DNA from: an uncultured virus (IMG/VR IMGVR_UViG_3300032229_000206)
Lineage: Duplodnaviria > Heunggongvirae > Uroviricota > Caudoviricetes
Reading direction: 5' to 3' (one strand)
IMG/VR virus record: IMGVR_UViG_3300032229_000206
DNA: 34,691 nt
In this document: positions 8,154 through 18,315 of the stretch, in pieces
Layout: each line of letters starts with the position of its first letter
How positions within the stretch are numbered: the stretch's first letter is position 1
Position numbers and translations under genes: made by a program
The notes under the pieces: model-generated
The model's database searches: none
What the model was told of the DNA's origin: nothing
What the model saw: only the letters and a program-made list of their open reading frames with translations

Positions 8154-11100
8154 TTATGCCTGTGCCTCAATCCATGAGATACGGGCTGAAATGTTGGCAA
8201 CCGCAGCACCAATATTGGTAGCCGTTAGGACCAAAACGTCTGGGCCGTTAGGGTATGAAGGGCTTGAGATGTTTCCATCGCCAGAGATAACAGAGTTACC
8301 AAGGTCGCGGACGGTACGAAGGTCGTAGTTAGAGACGTTGTAGTTAGAGCCACCACCACCATTTTCGGTGAAGAATGAGGCTACTGAGTCTCCGCCAAGA
8401 ATACGACCAGAGGCTGACTGAACGTTACCAGCTCCAGGACCTGAGTTATCAAAGTAGAGAACCTGAGCCAAAGAACCAGAACCCACAAGGTCACGAGCCC
8501 AGTCATCAGGAAGTCCACTAAAGCCAGTACGTGGGGTAAAGGTAATAGTTCCAGATACACCACTTGAGTTAGGAACAGATAATGTAATTGTGTTAGCTGA
8601 TACTGTAGAAATTTGAGCTTGAGTTCCAATACCAGAACCTGATACCAGCATACCTGGGATGATACCTGTAGTACCAGTTGCATCACCAATAGTGATGATG
8701 TTAAGACCAGCTGTACCAGACACGCTAGAGCGTGTAGTAGCAAGTGAAGCTGCTGTGTAGTTGTTATATAAAATTGATGAAGGATTAAGAACACCATCAA
8801 TACGGAACTGTCCGTTAGTAGAAACACCGATAGAGTTAAGCTGAAGCTGCATTCGATTCATTAATTCACGAATACCGAAGTTACGAGCAATAGCGTTATC
8901 TACTGACGGTGCTAAACGAATAGCAATCAGTGGACGAGTAACACCAGCCGCTACGTTAAGAAGCTTTGTCATACCACCAGTAAAGATGAAGTTAGCATCG
9001 TTATCAAAACGACCATCCATAATAACTGATGAACCCCAGTGACTGATGATAGGAGCACAGTTTTGAGTGATTGACTGAACTGCAACCTGCGCATCTCCAC
9101 CAACACCTGTAATAGATGAGTCTGGAGTAAAGACTATTGGAGTGGTAGTTCCGCTGTATGTAAATGGTGTGTCTGGGTAAACCTGTGTAATAGACGCACG
9201 ACGTTGCGCAAGATTAATCTTGTATCCGCCAGGTGTTGCGTTGTATGCATCAATAGATGTATATCGCATAATTTCACAGTTCACGGCATCACGTACGTAG
9301 ATGAAGCCTGCAGGTGGAAATGCGCTTGCATCTTCTACCCATAGAGAAAGGTCATTAGCACCAAGCTGAGCTCCAAGAGTTCCAGCAGCACCTGCAATCA
9401 TCTTAGTAAAGATTGATGGGTCGTTAGTTACTTCATAGCGAGCAGGCAAGTTACCAGAGCGCTGGTATGCGCTGTTGTTAACGTTGTTCTGAGGCAAGCG
9501 GTGGCACCAGTAAATCTTTCCATTAGGACCACGCATACCAAAGCGGATAGTTCCAGCACCGTACCATGTGTAGTCGATGTAAATCATCTGCATGCGACCC
9601 ATGTCAAGCTTGTAACCTGAAGGGCCTGTGCCATCAAACCTATCTTCGTTCCAAAGTTCTTGAGGGAATCGGTCAGATTGTGTAAGTAGGTAACGAGTGC
9701 GAATACCTGAAGCTCCGCGATAAGCAGGAGAAACGTTCATAGAGGTTGCGCTGTTAATTGAAACAATCTTGTAAGAAGAACCCTTAATAACAATAGACTG
9801 ACCTACTGTTAGCTGCTTACGGAACTGAGTATTTAATCCAGTAACAAAGCTTGAGTTCTTAGTTACGTTTACGCGACCAATACCTTCTTTTTCAGAGTGA
9901 CGACGGCAAGCGTATATTTTCTGTCCGTCATACTCAAAGTAAAAACCGTTCTGGTCATCATACATACCAGCGCGTGTAACAGCTCCAAACCACTTACGAG
10001 CGTGAATGTATACGTTAGTTCCCGCTGGGTTCCAGTCTACTGTAGGCAACGCCTCTGTAAGAGTTACCTGGTATTCAAATGTATTAACGTCAATAATTCT
10101 ACTTACAGTAATATCATCACCGTTAAATGGGTTGTAAGGAAAGCGTGTCTTAACGCCTTCAATATCAATCTTTACGCCAGCCTGCATACCATGGTCTTGT
10201 ACAGTTTTAACTGTAATAATAGCTGCTCCAGGAGAACCACCGTTGATAAAGAGCTGCTCTACGTCGTATACAGGGGTTAGCTGTGCACCTGTTGAGAACT
10301 GCATTCCTTTACCTGACTGGTAACGGAAGTAACGGCGAGTCTGACGAATAACTTGTGAACCCATTGAGTTAGTTGCAGTAGAAATAGAAACACCACCATC
10401 AAATGGGCGGTGAACAACATATGAGTCACCCTTAGTAAAAATAAGAGCTGTGGTTGGAACTGATACAGCAGATTGCTGACGAGACAATGTGAATTCCAAA
10501 CTTGTCTGAGTAGCAACTTTAGTTACCTGCCAGTTACCGTCAATGCTATTAGTTCCAGAAACTACAATAAGGTTTCCTGGAAATACGCCGTGAGGCTGGT
10601 CAAAAAGAACTGTTACTGTTGATACTGGAGCTGCACCATCTGTAGTAGCTCTCCAACGGTTAAGGGTGTTAACACCACCAATTGGAAAGTTACCACCTGG
10701 GATGTGAGCGCCATCAAAGATGTCTCCACCGTAGATAGATGTAAGAGTTCCAGACTGAATATCACCAGATACAGCTCCACGAGCTGTGTACTGGAAAGTA
10801 GTTGTTGAAGGAACAGCTGTTACAAGAGATGTACCTTCTGCAAGGTAGTTAAGTGTTTCCTGAACAGAAACAATCTGACCTGCAGATAGGCCGTGAGGAA
10901 GAGCTGTTGTTACTGTGATAGTTGAACGTGGGCGAACACCGTCACCAGTTACTGTGATAACGTCAAATGAGTTACCGCCAGTACCCTTTGCAAAGAATGA
11001 TGGGTAACCGTTAGCTAAAAATAGGGACTCCCACTTAGATGGCTGTACTGAGTATTCAAAGTCAGTATCCATAAGAGATTGTGGGGTTGAGGTACGAAGC

Positions 11101-11450
11101 TTCTGTGCTCCGTCAATAAATGTATCTTCAAAAGTTACTTTTTGTTCTTCATCATCAAGAATAATCTGTAGAACGTCACCAGATGTCATGCCTGTGGTGT
11201 CACAGCCAGAACCTGTCAAAGTGATAACCGTCTTGTATACGGTTTCAGCAGAGGTGTTTGAGATACTGTAAGTTGGGTAAATGTATGAGACTGTTGCTGT
11301 TAGTGTTGGGTCAGAAAAGTTAAATAGAACCTTGTTATTTTTAGAGTTAACAATAAGGAAGATGTGCTTCTCTTGGATATAACGATTAATAGTGATTGTT
11401 TTAAGAGTCGGATTAAATACATACGCCTCTGGAGCAATATTACGTGCCAT
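8154..11450 (-). CDS. large virion structural/fibre protein
   Basis: 1098 aa; three V(T/L)xxxxHGxxxG beta-repeats (TTALPHGLSAGQ, FDQPHGVFPGN, TVQDHGMQAGV) and an RQTRRYFRYQSGK motif; lies in the fibre cluster. Confidence 0.75.
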   Translation of the reverse strand: MARNIAPEAYVFNPTLKTITINRYIQEKHIFLIVNSKNNKVLFNFSDPTLTATVSYIYPTYSISNTSAETVYKTVITLTGSGCDTTGMTSGDVLQIILDDEEQKVTFEDTFIDGAQKLRTSTPQSLMDTDFEYSVQPSKWESLFLANGYPSFFAKGTGGNSFDVITVTGDGVRPRSTITVTTALPHGLSAGQIVSVQETLNYLAEGTSLVTAVPSTTTFQYTARGAVSGDIQSGTLTSIYGGDIFDGAHIPGGNFPIGGVNTLNRWRATTDGAAPVSTVTVLFDQPHGVFPGNLIVVSGTNSIDGNWQVTKVATQTSLEFTLSRQQSAVSVPTTALIFTKGDSYVVHRPFDGGVSISTATNSMGSQVIRQTRRYFRYQSGKGMQFSTGAQLTPVYDVEQLFINGGSPGAAIITVKTVQDHGMQAGVKIDIEGVKTRFPYNPFNGDDITVSRIIDVNTFEYQVTLTEALPTVDWNPAGTNVYIHARKWFGAVTRAGMYDDQNGFYFEYDGQKIYACRRHSEKEGIGRVNVTKNSSFVTGLNTQFRKQLTVGQSIVIKGSSYKIVSINSATSMNVSPAYRGASGIRTRYLLTQSDRFPQELWNEDRFDGTGPSGYKLDMGRMQMIYIDYTWYGAGTIRFGMRGPNGKIYWCHRLPQNNVNNSAYQRSGNLPARYEVTNDPSIFTKMIAGAAGTLGAQLGANDLSLWVEDASAFPPAGFIYVRDAVNCEIMRYTSIDAYNATPGGYKINLAQRRASITQVYPDTPFTYSGTTTPIVFTPDSSITGVGGDAQVAVQSITQNCAPIISHWGSSVIMDGRFDNDANFIFTGGMTKLLNVAAGVTRPLIAIRLAPSVDNAIARNFGIRELMNRMQLQLNSIGVSTNGQFRIDGVLNPSSILYNNYTAASLATTRSSVSGTAGLNIITIGDATGTTGIIPGMLVSGSGIGTQAQISTVSANTITLSVPNSSGVSGTITFTPRTGFSGLPDDWARDLVGSGSLAQVLYFDNSGPGAGNVQSASGRILGGDSVASFFTENGGGGSNYNVSNYDLRTVRDLGNSVISGDGNISSPSYPNGPDVLVLTATNIGAAVANISARISWIEAQA

Positions 11451-11462
11451 TCACTTACCTTC

Positions 11463-11876
11463 CTAAATTAACGCTATCGGTGGAATAACGGTTGATGTAA
11501 TTGTTGTTGTTCTGGTTTGAGAGTAACGAGGAAAAAATAGTCCAAGCTCTAGTTGAGCATCCATAACTAATTCTTCACCACGCCCACCATCACCAGCTGG
11601 TCCTGCAACACCTGTAGGTCCACGAAGTCCTGTCGGTCCTGCAACACCATTTACACCAGCGGGTCCAGTAGCGCCATTTGCGCCAGCAGCACCTGCAGGT
11701 CCAGTTGGACCTTGAATACCACTGGCATATACTAACGCATTCCATAAACCTACGCCGTTGCCAACTTTAAATCTTCCAGTGTCTAGTTCAAGACCAAGTT
11801 CACCTTCTGCAAGCAGAGGGTTTGTTGTTGACCATTGCGAAGCTGTTCCGCGACGTAACTGTACTTTAATTGCCAT
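11463..11876 (-). CDS. Mtd N-terminal-like domain plus short collagen repeat
   Basis: VQLRRGTASQW..NPLLAEGELGLELDTGRFKVGNG..W motif followed by about 14 Gly-X-Y triplets. Confidence 0.8.
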   Translation of the reverse strand: MAIKVQLRRGTASQWSTTNPLLAEGELGLELDTGRFKVGNGVGLWNALVYASGIQGPTGPAGAAGANGATGPAGVNGVAGPTGLRGPTGVAGPAGDGGRGEELVMDAQLELGLFFPRYSQTRTTTITSTVIPPIALI

Positions 11877-14701
11877 TACTGAATGACTCCTCCGCTGTCG
11901 ATAACATCTACTCCACCATAATTAGTGGTTGGAGTTCCAGCATCCACGTTAAGTAGTGTAGTGCCTGTAGGGCCTGTTGGACCCAGTAAACCTTGATTTC
12001 CTGTAGGACCAGTTGGTCCTTGAATACCTGTAGGACCTGTTACACCTTGAATACCAGTTAAACCTTGAGGTCCTGTAGGACCTGTATTACCAATAGTTGC
12101 AGCAACAAGAGCTAACCAGTTTGCTGGGTCTTCTAGTGGTGTGATTCCAGCAGTTGAAACATTGTTTCTACGAACATAAGTTCCCTTTAATGTAGGGGTA
12201 TCGTAGAAAACTGCTTGACCTGGAGAGTAAGTAATACCTTGCTGCCAAGTTCCAATAATTGTAAATGGAGCAGCACCTGTAGAACCTGTGGCACCAGTTG
12301 GGCCAGTAGCGCCAGTTAAACCAATAACACCTTGCGCACCTGTAGGACCTGTAGCACCAATTACACCAGTAGGTCCTTGAACAGTTCCAGCGTTAACCCA
12401 CTGAACACCTTGCCAAACATAAAGCTGTCCAGCAATAAGATAGCCATCACCAGTAACACCTGTTGGAACTGCTGATAGAAGTTCAGCAAAGGTATTGAAT
12501 GTTCCTTTGATTTGAAGACCAACACCTTGCGGTCCAGTTGGTCCAGGAACTGTTGATGCAGCACCTGTAGCTCCTGTAGGTCCAACATTTCCTTGGACAC
12601 CTGTAGGACCCTGAATACCTTGTGCACCTGTTGCACCTGTCGGACCTACTGGACCTTGAACACCTTGAATACCTTGTGTACCTTGGTTACCTTGAGCACC
12701 TGTTGGACCAAGTAAACCTTGCGCTCCTTGAGCACCTGTAGCACCCGTAGGTCCTTGAATAAATCCAGCGTTAATCCATGAAGAGCCGCCCCATACAAAG
12801 AGGTTGCCGTTTACAAGATAGCCATCTCCTGTCGCACCAAATGGTTTAGCAGCAACAAGGTCTGCATAACTGTTGTAAGTTCCAAGTACATAAATAGATG
12901 CACCAGCAGCACCAGTTGGTCCCGCTACACCGCTTGCACCTGTCGCACCAGTTGCACCTGCTGCTCCTGGAGCACCAGTAGCACCTGCTGTACCTTGTGG
13001 ACCTTGTGGACCTGTAGCTCCTTGAGCACCAGGAAGACCTGGAATACCTTGTCCACCAGTATTTCCTTGTGGACCAGTAGCACCGACTGCACCTGTAGGA
13101 CCGACAGCTCCTTGTGGACCCGTTGGTCCAATGACTGTAGAAGCTGCACCTGTCGCACCTGTTGGACCTGTTGCACCCTGTGGGCCAGCAGCAGTTAAAG
13201 TAAAGATTGCATTTAAATTAGAGTTGTCTTGAGAAACTACATATAGAGTAGCTGGGCCAGTAAATGGAACATCCCAGAATATGGTTCCAGTTTCAATACC
13301 TAGGTTAGTAAACCCATCTGTGTATTGAGTACCAGCGTTATAAGCGCCTGCTGTTGTTTGTACTCTAAATCTATTTCCAACTGTATTAATAGTTAATCTA
13401 TAGCGAAGACCACGGATAACAGTAATGTTTGGATTTGTTAATCCATTAATAACATAGTTAGGAGTACCGTTAGCGGTTACTGTTAAGTCAATACCGCCTG
13501 ATGTACCAGCAGGACCTGTAGGTCCAGTTACTTGTGACGCTGCACCAGTTGGTCCTAAAGGTCCTGTAGGACCTGTTGGTCCGTCAAGACCAACTTCACC
13601 AGTAGCTGCAAAAATCCAACCAGTGTAAATCTGACCAATATTACCGTTACCGTTATCAACTAAAAGAGTTAAAGTTAATCCGTCATTGCTTATTGTTGCG
13701 TAGCCTTCAATATAAAGGCCTCTATTAGATTGAAGCACTGCACGAACGCGCATACCAGTAACAAAAGCGTGGTCAGCATTGCTAAGTGTAAATGCTTTAG
13801 AACCTCCGCCATATGTAATTGCGGTAGAAGAAGTTACGTTTCCATAACCAACGCCACGAGGTCCTTGACCACCTGTAGGTCCAATAAGACCAATAGGGCC
13901 AGTAGGACCTTGTAAACCTGAAATACCTTGAGGACCTGCAGCACCAGTGTCACCTTTAGGACCAGCTAAACCTGTAGGACCTTGAGTACCTGTAGGTCCA
14001 GTAGAACCTTGTGCACCTTGTGGTCCAACAGGACCAAGCGCTCCTTGCGGACCTGTTGGACCTGTTGGTCCAGCGCTACCAGTTGCACCAGTAGGGCCTT
14101 CTAAGTTTCCAACGTTCTTCCATGCAGAAGTTACAGTGTCCCAAATAACCAAATTACCGTTAGCAAGTAACCAAGCATCGCCAGCAGCTCCAGTTGGACG
14201 TGCAGTTTGCAAAGCAGAAAGAGTTGCATACTCTCCAAGAAGATTTAAACCTTGACCAGGTGCACCAGTAGGTCCTGTAGTTCCAGCTAAACCAGAAATA
14301 CCTTGTGGACCAGTAGGACCAGTTGCTCCAGCATTTCCTTGATTACCTTGTGGGCCTGTCGCACCTGTGCGTCCAGTAGGCCCTGTTGCTCCTGTTGCGC
14401 CAGCAGGTAGTGGGAGCGTGTCAAATACCCAAGCATTATTACTGCGTCGATAAACACGAATATTTGCAGTATCACCTGTGATGCGTACAAACGCCCACTG
14501 ATTAGGTGTAGGTGTTGGGTACGCAGTTGTTAAAGCTGTAAGAGTTGCAAAGGTACCAAGGAACTGTGAAAAATCTCCTTGTGGACCTGTAGGCCCTGTT
14601 GCACCTCTAGGACCTGTAGGCCCGTTTAAAATGCCTGTAGGACCCGTTGGGGTAGGGAACCAGTTGCCATTATCTGGCGGAACAATAATTATATCTGCCA
14701 C
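11876..14701 (-). CDS. collagen-like fibre protein
   Basis: 941 aa; long Gly-X-Y runs (GPT, GAT, GPQ) interrupted by repeated globular modules. Confidence 0.9.
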   Translation of the reverse strand: MADIIIVPPDNGNWFPTPTGPTGILNGPTGPRGATGPTGPQGDFSQFLGTFATLTALTTAYPTPTPNQWAFVRITGDTANIRVYRRSNNAWVFDTLPLPAGATGATGPTGRTGATGPQGNQGNAGATGPTGPQGISGLAGTTGPTGAPGQGLNLLGEYATLSALQTARPTGAAGDAWLLANGNLVIWDTVTSAWKNVGNLEGPTGATGSAGPTGPTGPQGALGPVGPQGAQGSTGPTGTQGPTGLAGPKGDTGAAGPQGISGLQGPTGPIGLIGPTGGQGPRGVGYGNVTSSTAITYGGGSKAFTLSNADHAFVTGMRVRAVLQSNRGLYIEGYATISNDGLTLTLLVDNGNGNIGQIYTGWIFAATGEVGLDGPTGPTGPLGPTGAASQVTGPTGPAGTSGGIDLTVTANGTPNYVINGLTNPNITVIRGLRYRLTINTVGNRFRVQTTAGAYNAGTQYTDGFTNLGIETGTIFWDVPFTGPATLYVVSQDNSNLNAIFTLTAAGPQGATGPTGATGAASTVIGPTGPQGAVGPTGAVGATGPQGNTGGQGIPGLPGAQGATGPQGPQGTAGATGAPGAAGATGATGASGVAGPTGAAGASIYVLGTYNSYADLVAAKPFGATGDGYLVNGNLFVWGGSSWINAGFIQGPTGATGAQGAQGLLGPTGAQGNQGTQGIQGVQGPVGPTGATGAQGIQGPTGVQGNVGPTGATGAASTVPGPTGPQGVGLQIKGTFNTFAELLSAVPTGVTGDGYLIAGQLYVWQGVQWVNAGTVQGPTGVIGATGPTGAQGVIGLTGATGPTGATGSTGAAPFTIIGTWQQGITYSPGQAVFYDTPTLKGTYVRRNNVSTAGITPLEDPANWLALVAATIGNTGPTGPQGLTGIQGVTGPTGIQGPTGPTGNQGLLGPTGPTGTTLLNVDAGTPTTNYGGVDVIDSGGVIQ

Positions 14702-14702
14702 G

Positions 14703-15761
14703 TTAATCCACCGATACCTGTTGGGTTACGAATACTTGACCTCGCAAAAATGTCTTTTGGAATGTTGCATCTGTAGTAGAAGTAGCTTGCAAATCCCAAA
14801 ATAGTCGCACTGGTAGATATTTAGTAGCGGACTGAGTAAGAGTGATTCTTATACGTCCAGTTGCGGCGTCTATAATTGTAACAGTAAAGGACGCATATCT
14901 AGCAGGTGAATTAGGGTAAGTTCTCATCTCTGATTTAAAGACAAGACCAGTGACAGATGCTCCAAGAACAAAGTCTTGGCTAAAACTGTCACCTTGGTAT
15001 AGAACTAAGTCATAGGCCTGAACTGTAGTTGGGAATACTTGACGTCCATTTAAATCGTTTGGTAGATACACTCGCTCTGGCTTACGTGAGTCATCATGTT
15101 CTTGTGCCATGTAGATAGGTACAAGCTTATTAGTATGGCGAGAGACTCGACGTAGGGTACCCATTTGAATGCGCCATAGGCCAATGTTAAGAGCTAAGCA
15201 AAGCTGTCTGTATTGTTCCTGGCGCTGTTGAATCATAGAAGTCAATTGCTGCCAGCGCTGGCTACGTGGGATGACTACTCCATCTGGAGCGGTAATGTTA
15301 ATATCAAAAGATGCATCAGTAGCTAGGGCCCATAGAGCCTCAATAGTTGCAAGAATAGCTACTGGGTACTCTTCAACTGCTGGAATAGCGCCAATTGACA
15401 TTCTGCTTCCGTAAGCATCTGTGCGCTCATGTAAGTGCTGACCTACGGCTGTGTCAATAAAGCGTTCAATGTCAGAGTCTGAAAAGTAGCGATACGCGGT
15501 GCCGTGAACAGTAAGAAGGGCTTCATCAGCAATAGGGTTTTGAAAACGAATAACGCCTTGGTCTACCTCAAGCTTATATCCAGTAGGTGCTGGAATATAG
15601 TCTTCGGTAACAGTGACTGTAAGAGTAAATGCGTCAATAGGCTTATTATTTAAATAAAACTCTTTTGTTACACCATCTCCAAGTGCAGTAAAAGTAAACT
15701 CTTTACCTTGGTCCCCAAGTTCTAGGCGAACGCGAGATACCAAATCCGATAAGAGGGCCAC
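14703..15761 (-). CDS. putative head-to-tail adaptor with C-terminal BppU-N-like domain
   Basis: 352 aa, two genes after the [14 protein letters not shown]...YFSDSDIE connector-like N-terminus; [11 protein letters not shown]-terminal module. Confidence 0.55.
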   Translation of the reverse strand: MALLSDLVSRVRLELGDQGKEFTFTALGDGVTKEFYLNNKPIDAFTLTVTVTEDYIPAPTGYKLEVDQGVIRFQNPIADEALLTVHGTAYRYFSDSDIERFIDTAVGQHLHERTDAYGSRMSIGAIPAVEEYPVAILATIEALWALATDASFDINITAPDGVVIPRSQRWQQLTSMIQQRQEQYRQLCLALNIGLWRIQMGTLRRVSRHTNKLVPIYMAQEHDDSRKPERVYLPNDLNGRQVFPTTVQAYDLVLYQGDSFSQDFVLGASVTGLVFKSEMRTYPNSPARYASFTVTIIDAATGRIRITLTQSATKYLPVRLFWDLQATSTTDATFQKTFLRGQVFVTQQVSVD

Positions 15762-15787
15762 TCATTTACTCCTAACGCTACTGATAC

Positions 15788-15823
15788 ATGGTGTCAGTAA
15801 ATGGACAAAAAATCCGTACAAAC
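15788..15823 (-). promoter_or_regulatory. putative promoter GTTT-N3-CGGATT-N17-CACCAT
   Basis: Immediately after a terminator; same spacing as the other GTTT-anchored elements. Confidence 0.4.
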
Positions 15824-15824
15824 G

Positions 15825-15850
15825 AAAAAGCGGGCATCAATGTGCCCGCT
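15825..15850 (-). terminator. intrinsic terminator
   Basis: AGCGGGCA-6 nt loop-TGCCCGCT followed by TTTT. Confidence 0.8.
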
Positions 15851-15868
15851 AATCCGCCAAAATTAATG

Positions 15869-16234
15869 CTAGATAACGCCAGCTAAATAACCTTTTTCTT
15901 CAAGGTGCTGGGCTACTTGCTTGTCAACCTTGTACTTCTGTCCTGCTTTGAAGTTATAAAAGTTGCCAGCACCTAGGGTCATGTTTTCGATATCCTCGAC
16001 AACACGGATGACAACTGTGTCATCTCCCTTGCTTACAACTGTAGCTTCATCAACGATTACTGTTGCCCGATTAGGGGTAGTAGCGTCTAGGACCTCGGTC
16101 TCAAGTTTAATCTGAGCGTTGGCGGTAGCCATTGACATTTCTGATGAACGAGCCTGCAATGCTTCTGCATTGTCAGAAATCTGCGCTTCACGAGCGCGAC
16201 CTGTGACATCAGATGGTTTTACTTTACTTGCCAT
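15869..16234 (-). CDS. hypothetical protein downstream of the major capsid gene
   Basis: 121 aa with AGGAG RBS. Confidence 0.8.
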   Translation of the reverse strand: MASKVKPSDVTGRAREAQISDNAEALQARSSEMSMATANAQIKLETEVLDATTPNRATVIVDEATVVSKGDDTVVIRVVEDIENMTLGAGNFYNFKAGQKYKVDKQVAQHLEEKGYLAGVI

Positions 16235-16260
16235 TTGTATTCTCCTAATTATTGTCTGTT

Positions 16261-16290
16261 AAAGTGGGGGAGGGCCGTAGCCCTCCCCCA
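16261..16290 (-). terminator. terminator/hairpin after the major capsid gene
   Basis: 11-bp perfect stem TGGGGGAGGGC-TACG-GCCCTCCCCCA with a short U tract. Confidence 0.75.
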
Positions 16291-16305
16291 TTAGCACATT
16301 AGTGC

Positions 16306-17376
16306 TTAGTTGGTTTCTGCAATGATTACAGACTGGTCAGTAATTAGACCAAGACCGAAGATTGAGTACCAAGCAAGAGCATGCTCACGACCGAAGTCAA
16401 GAATACCGCCATCGCGGAGTTCGACTGGAAGAGAGATTGCGTGACCGAATGCGTTATCTCCAATGAAGATAGCTGCGTAACGGTCTGAACCGCCATTACC
16501 TGTCTTTGTAGCAGGAGTGATATATCCACCACCAGCTGTAACTGTTGGGTTAGCAACAGTTGTATCAGTTGTGTAAGAAGTACCAGCACCACCAGCAACC
16601 TTGAGAACCTGTGTGGTCTCAATGAATACTGTGTCATACAAACGACCGATTTCACCGAGCATGAAGTTACCTGGAGCTGCGTACTTGGTTACTTCGATGA
16701 ATTCTGGATTGTCACGTAGCTTACGTGACTGGTGTGGGTGAACGAAAGCAACATATGTCTCACCAAGGCGAGGGATGTTCTTTGTTGCTAGGGTCTCTAC
16801 TGCGTCCTTGACTGTGTGTGGTGTCAAGTAGTAGGTACCTGTCATAGCAGCACGGTTAGCAGCGGTTGTACCATCTGCATACCAGTTGTTTACTGCTGTG
16901 AGTGATGAGCGGTCTTCACCGTAAATTGTTGAAGTCGCTGCATAAAGTGTGTCGCGTGATAGCTGGTCTAGGTAGATAGCCATGTTACGACCAAGAAGAC
17001 GTGAGGCTGAAGCCATTACGTCATCGAATGAAGCATTAAGCAATAGCTCTGATACAGCAAGAGCATAACCATGCTCTGTTACTGTGATTGAGAACTGCTG
17101 TGCTGTTAGTGCGTTTGTCTGCATACGAACACCTTCAACTAAGCTGTTTGCAAAGCCGAGGTTGTTGTAACGCATGAAGTTAATCTGTAGACCAGGTGCA
17201 ACACCAAGTTCAGTCTTCTTGACTGCAAATTGCTCAAAGCGAAGGATAGGCATAGCCTGGAAAAGGATTTCCTTAGACCAGATTGTCTGAATCGCTTGAG
17301 TCAACTGTGTGTTTGTACCTGAGTACGCTGTTGGGGCTGCGGCTAGATTGCCAGTACCCGTAATACCAGATGCCAT
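16306..17376 (-). CDS. major capsid protein (N4-gp56-like family)
   Basis: 356 aa after portal and scaffold; IWSKEILFQAMPILRFEQFAVKK, YVAFVHPHQ and GEIGRLY motifs recalled from Bxz1-like MCPs; strong AAGGAG RBS. Confidence 0.92.
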   Translation of the reverse strand: MASGITGTGNLAAAPTAYSGTNTQLTQAIQTIWSKEILFQAMPILRFEQFAVKKTELGVAPGLQINFMRYNNLGFANSLVEGVRMQTNALTAQQFSITVTEHGYALAVSELLLNASFDDVMASASRLLGRNMAIYLDQLSRDTLYAATSTIYGEDRSSLTAVNNWYADGTTAANRAAMTGTYYLTPHTVKDAVETLATKNIPRLGETYVAFVHPHQSRKLRDNPEFIEVTKYAAPGNFMLGEIGRLYDTVFIETTQVLKVAGGAGTSYTTDTTVANPTVTAGGGYITPATKTGNGGSDRYAAIFIGDNAFGHAISLPVELRDGGILDFGREHALAWYSIFGLGLITDQSVIIAETN

Positions 17377-17420
17377 TTTAGTTGTTTACTCCTTGTTGGT
17401 TGGATTTGGGATTGTGGGAT

Positions 17421-18200
17421 TTACCCGAACAAGCCGCGAGACTTACCTCGAGCTGTAGCGCCCAAGATTTTCTCTCTGTATTTTGCATAATCATTCATCG
17501 ACATTGACTGAATATCTTCAGCCGTTAACGAGCGTTGGTCCATATTGGTGTCCATTTGTCCGAGCGGGGGCGTGGTTACCCTTGTCCCCGTCATTTCTTT
17601 CCGTGCATTCTGCATAGCAGATTGCGCCGATTCAAGAATCTTTGCGGAACGTTCCTTCAAACCTGCAATACTTGCATCAACTTCATCAGGGGTATTGCCA
17701 CTGATTAGGTCTAACAGTTCAGGAATAATAGCTTCACGTTCTGCGTCTACACGTTGTGAACGGTAGTTCTGTAGGTCAGCAAAAGACTTTTCGCGTTCCA
17801 GTAGAGCGAAGGCACGTTCACGTTCTTGACGCTCACGCTCCAACTGCTCCTGCCACTCTGATTCCTTGGTCTTAAGCAAGGTACGAACATCCATGTCACT
17901 TTCAAGAGCTTCCTGCTCAGCCTTAGCTTTTGCTTCAGCTTCTGCAGCACGTGCAGCAAGTTCTGCTTCACGCTCTTTCTTAATGCCATCTAGTTCTTCC
18001 TTCAGTTTATCAATCTGAGGGTAGAGTTTTTCTTTTTCTTGGCTACGTACACGAGCCAAGTCATCTTCCGTATAAAACTTGGAAGTTGCCTTAGTAGTAA
18101 GTGCGTCAGCGACAACTGCGTTGTCTGAAGACTCAGCTACAACTGGAACAACTCCTGCTTCGACCGCGAAGGCCTCTGCATTAACTTCTGCTGTATCCAT
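17421..18200 (-). CDS. capsid scaffolding protein
   Basis: Acidic coiled coil between portal and MCP, with YTEDDL and MSMNDYAKYR motifs; start at 18200 chosen by the AAGGA RBS. Confidence 0.8.
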   Translation of the reverse strand: MDTAEVNAEAFAVEAGVVPVVAESSDNAVVADALTTKATSKFYTEDDLARVRSQEKEKLYPQIDKLKEELDGIKKEREAELAARAAEAEAKAKAEQEALESDMDVRTLLKTKESEWQEQLERERQERERAFALLEREKSFADLQNYRSQRVDAEREAIIPELLDLISGNTPDEVDASIAGLKERSAKILESAQSAMQNARKEMTGTRVTTPPLGQMDTNMDQRSLTAEDIQSMSMNDYAKYREKILGATARGKSRGLFG

Positions 18201-18277
18201 AAAGATTCCTTTTTCTCCTAGAGGTCGTTTTCCGAATGCCATTACTGGCGTAACACATATGACCGAACGTTGTATAT

Positions 18278-18313
18278 ATTTTCTTGCTTAACACAAAAAA
18301 TGTCAGCGTAAAC
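18278..18313 (-). promoter_or_regulatory. putative promoter GTTT-N3-CTGACA-N17-GAAAAT
   Basis: Near-consensus -35 with a 17-nt spacer, upstream of scaffold-MCP. Confidence 0.55.
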
Positions 18314-18315
18314 GC

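Noticed and set aside
11463..11876. Diversity-generating retroelement, suggested by the Mtd-N-like domain
   Set aside because: No reverse transcriptase, C-type lectin domain or TR/VR pair is visible; Mtd-N is a generic fibre anchor.
11876..14701. CRISPR-like or DNA repeat array
   Set aside because: The repeats are degenerate 9-bp codon patterns of Gly-X-Y collagen, with no fixed repeat-spacer structure.
17377..17420. ATCCCA-like mini-repeats upstream of the MCP as a regulatory array
   Set aside because: Short and degenerate; best explained as an unstructured A/C-rich translation leader.
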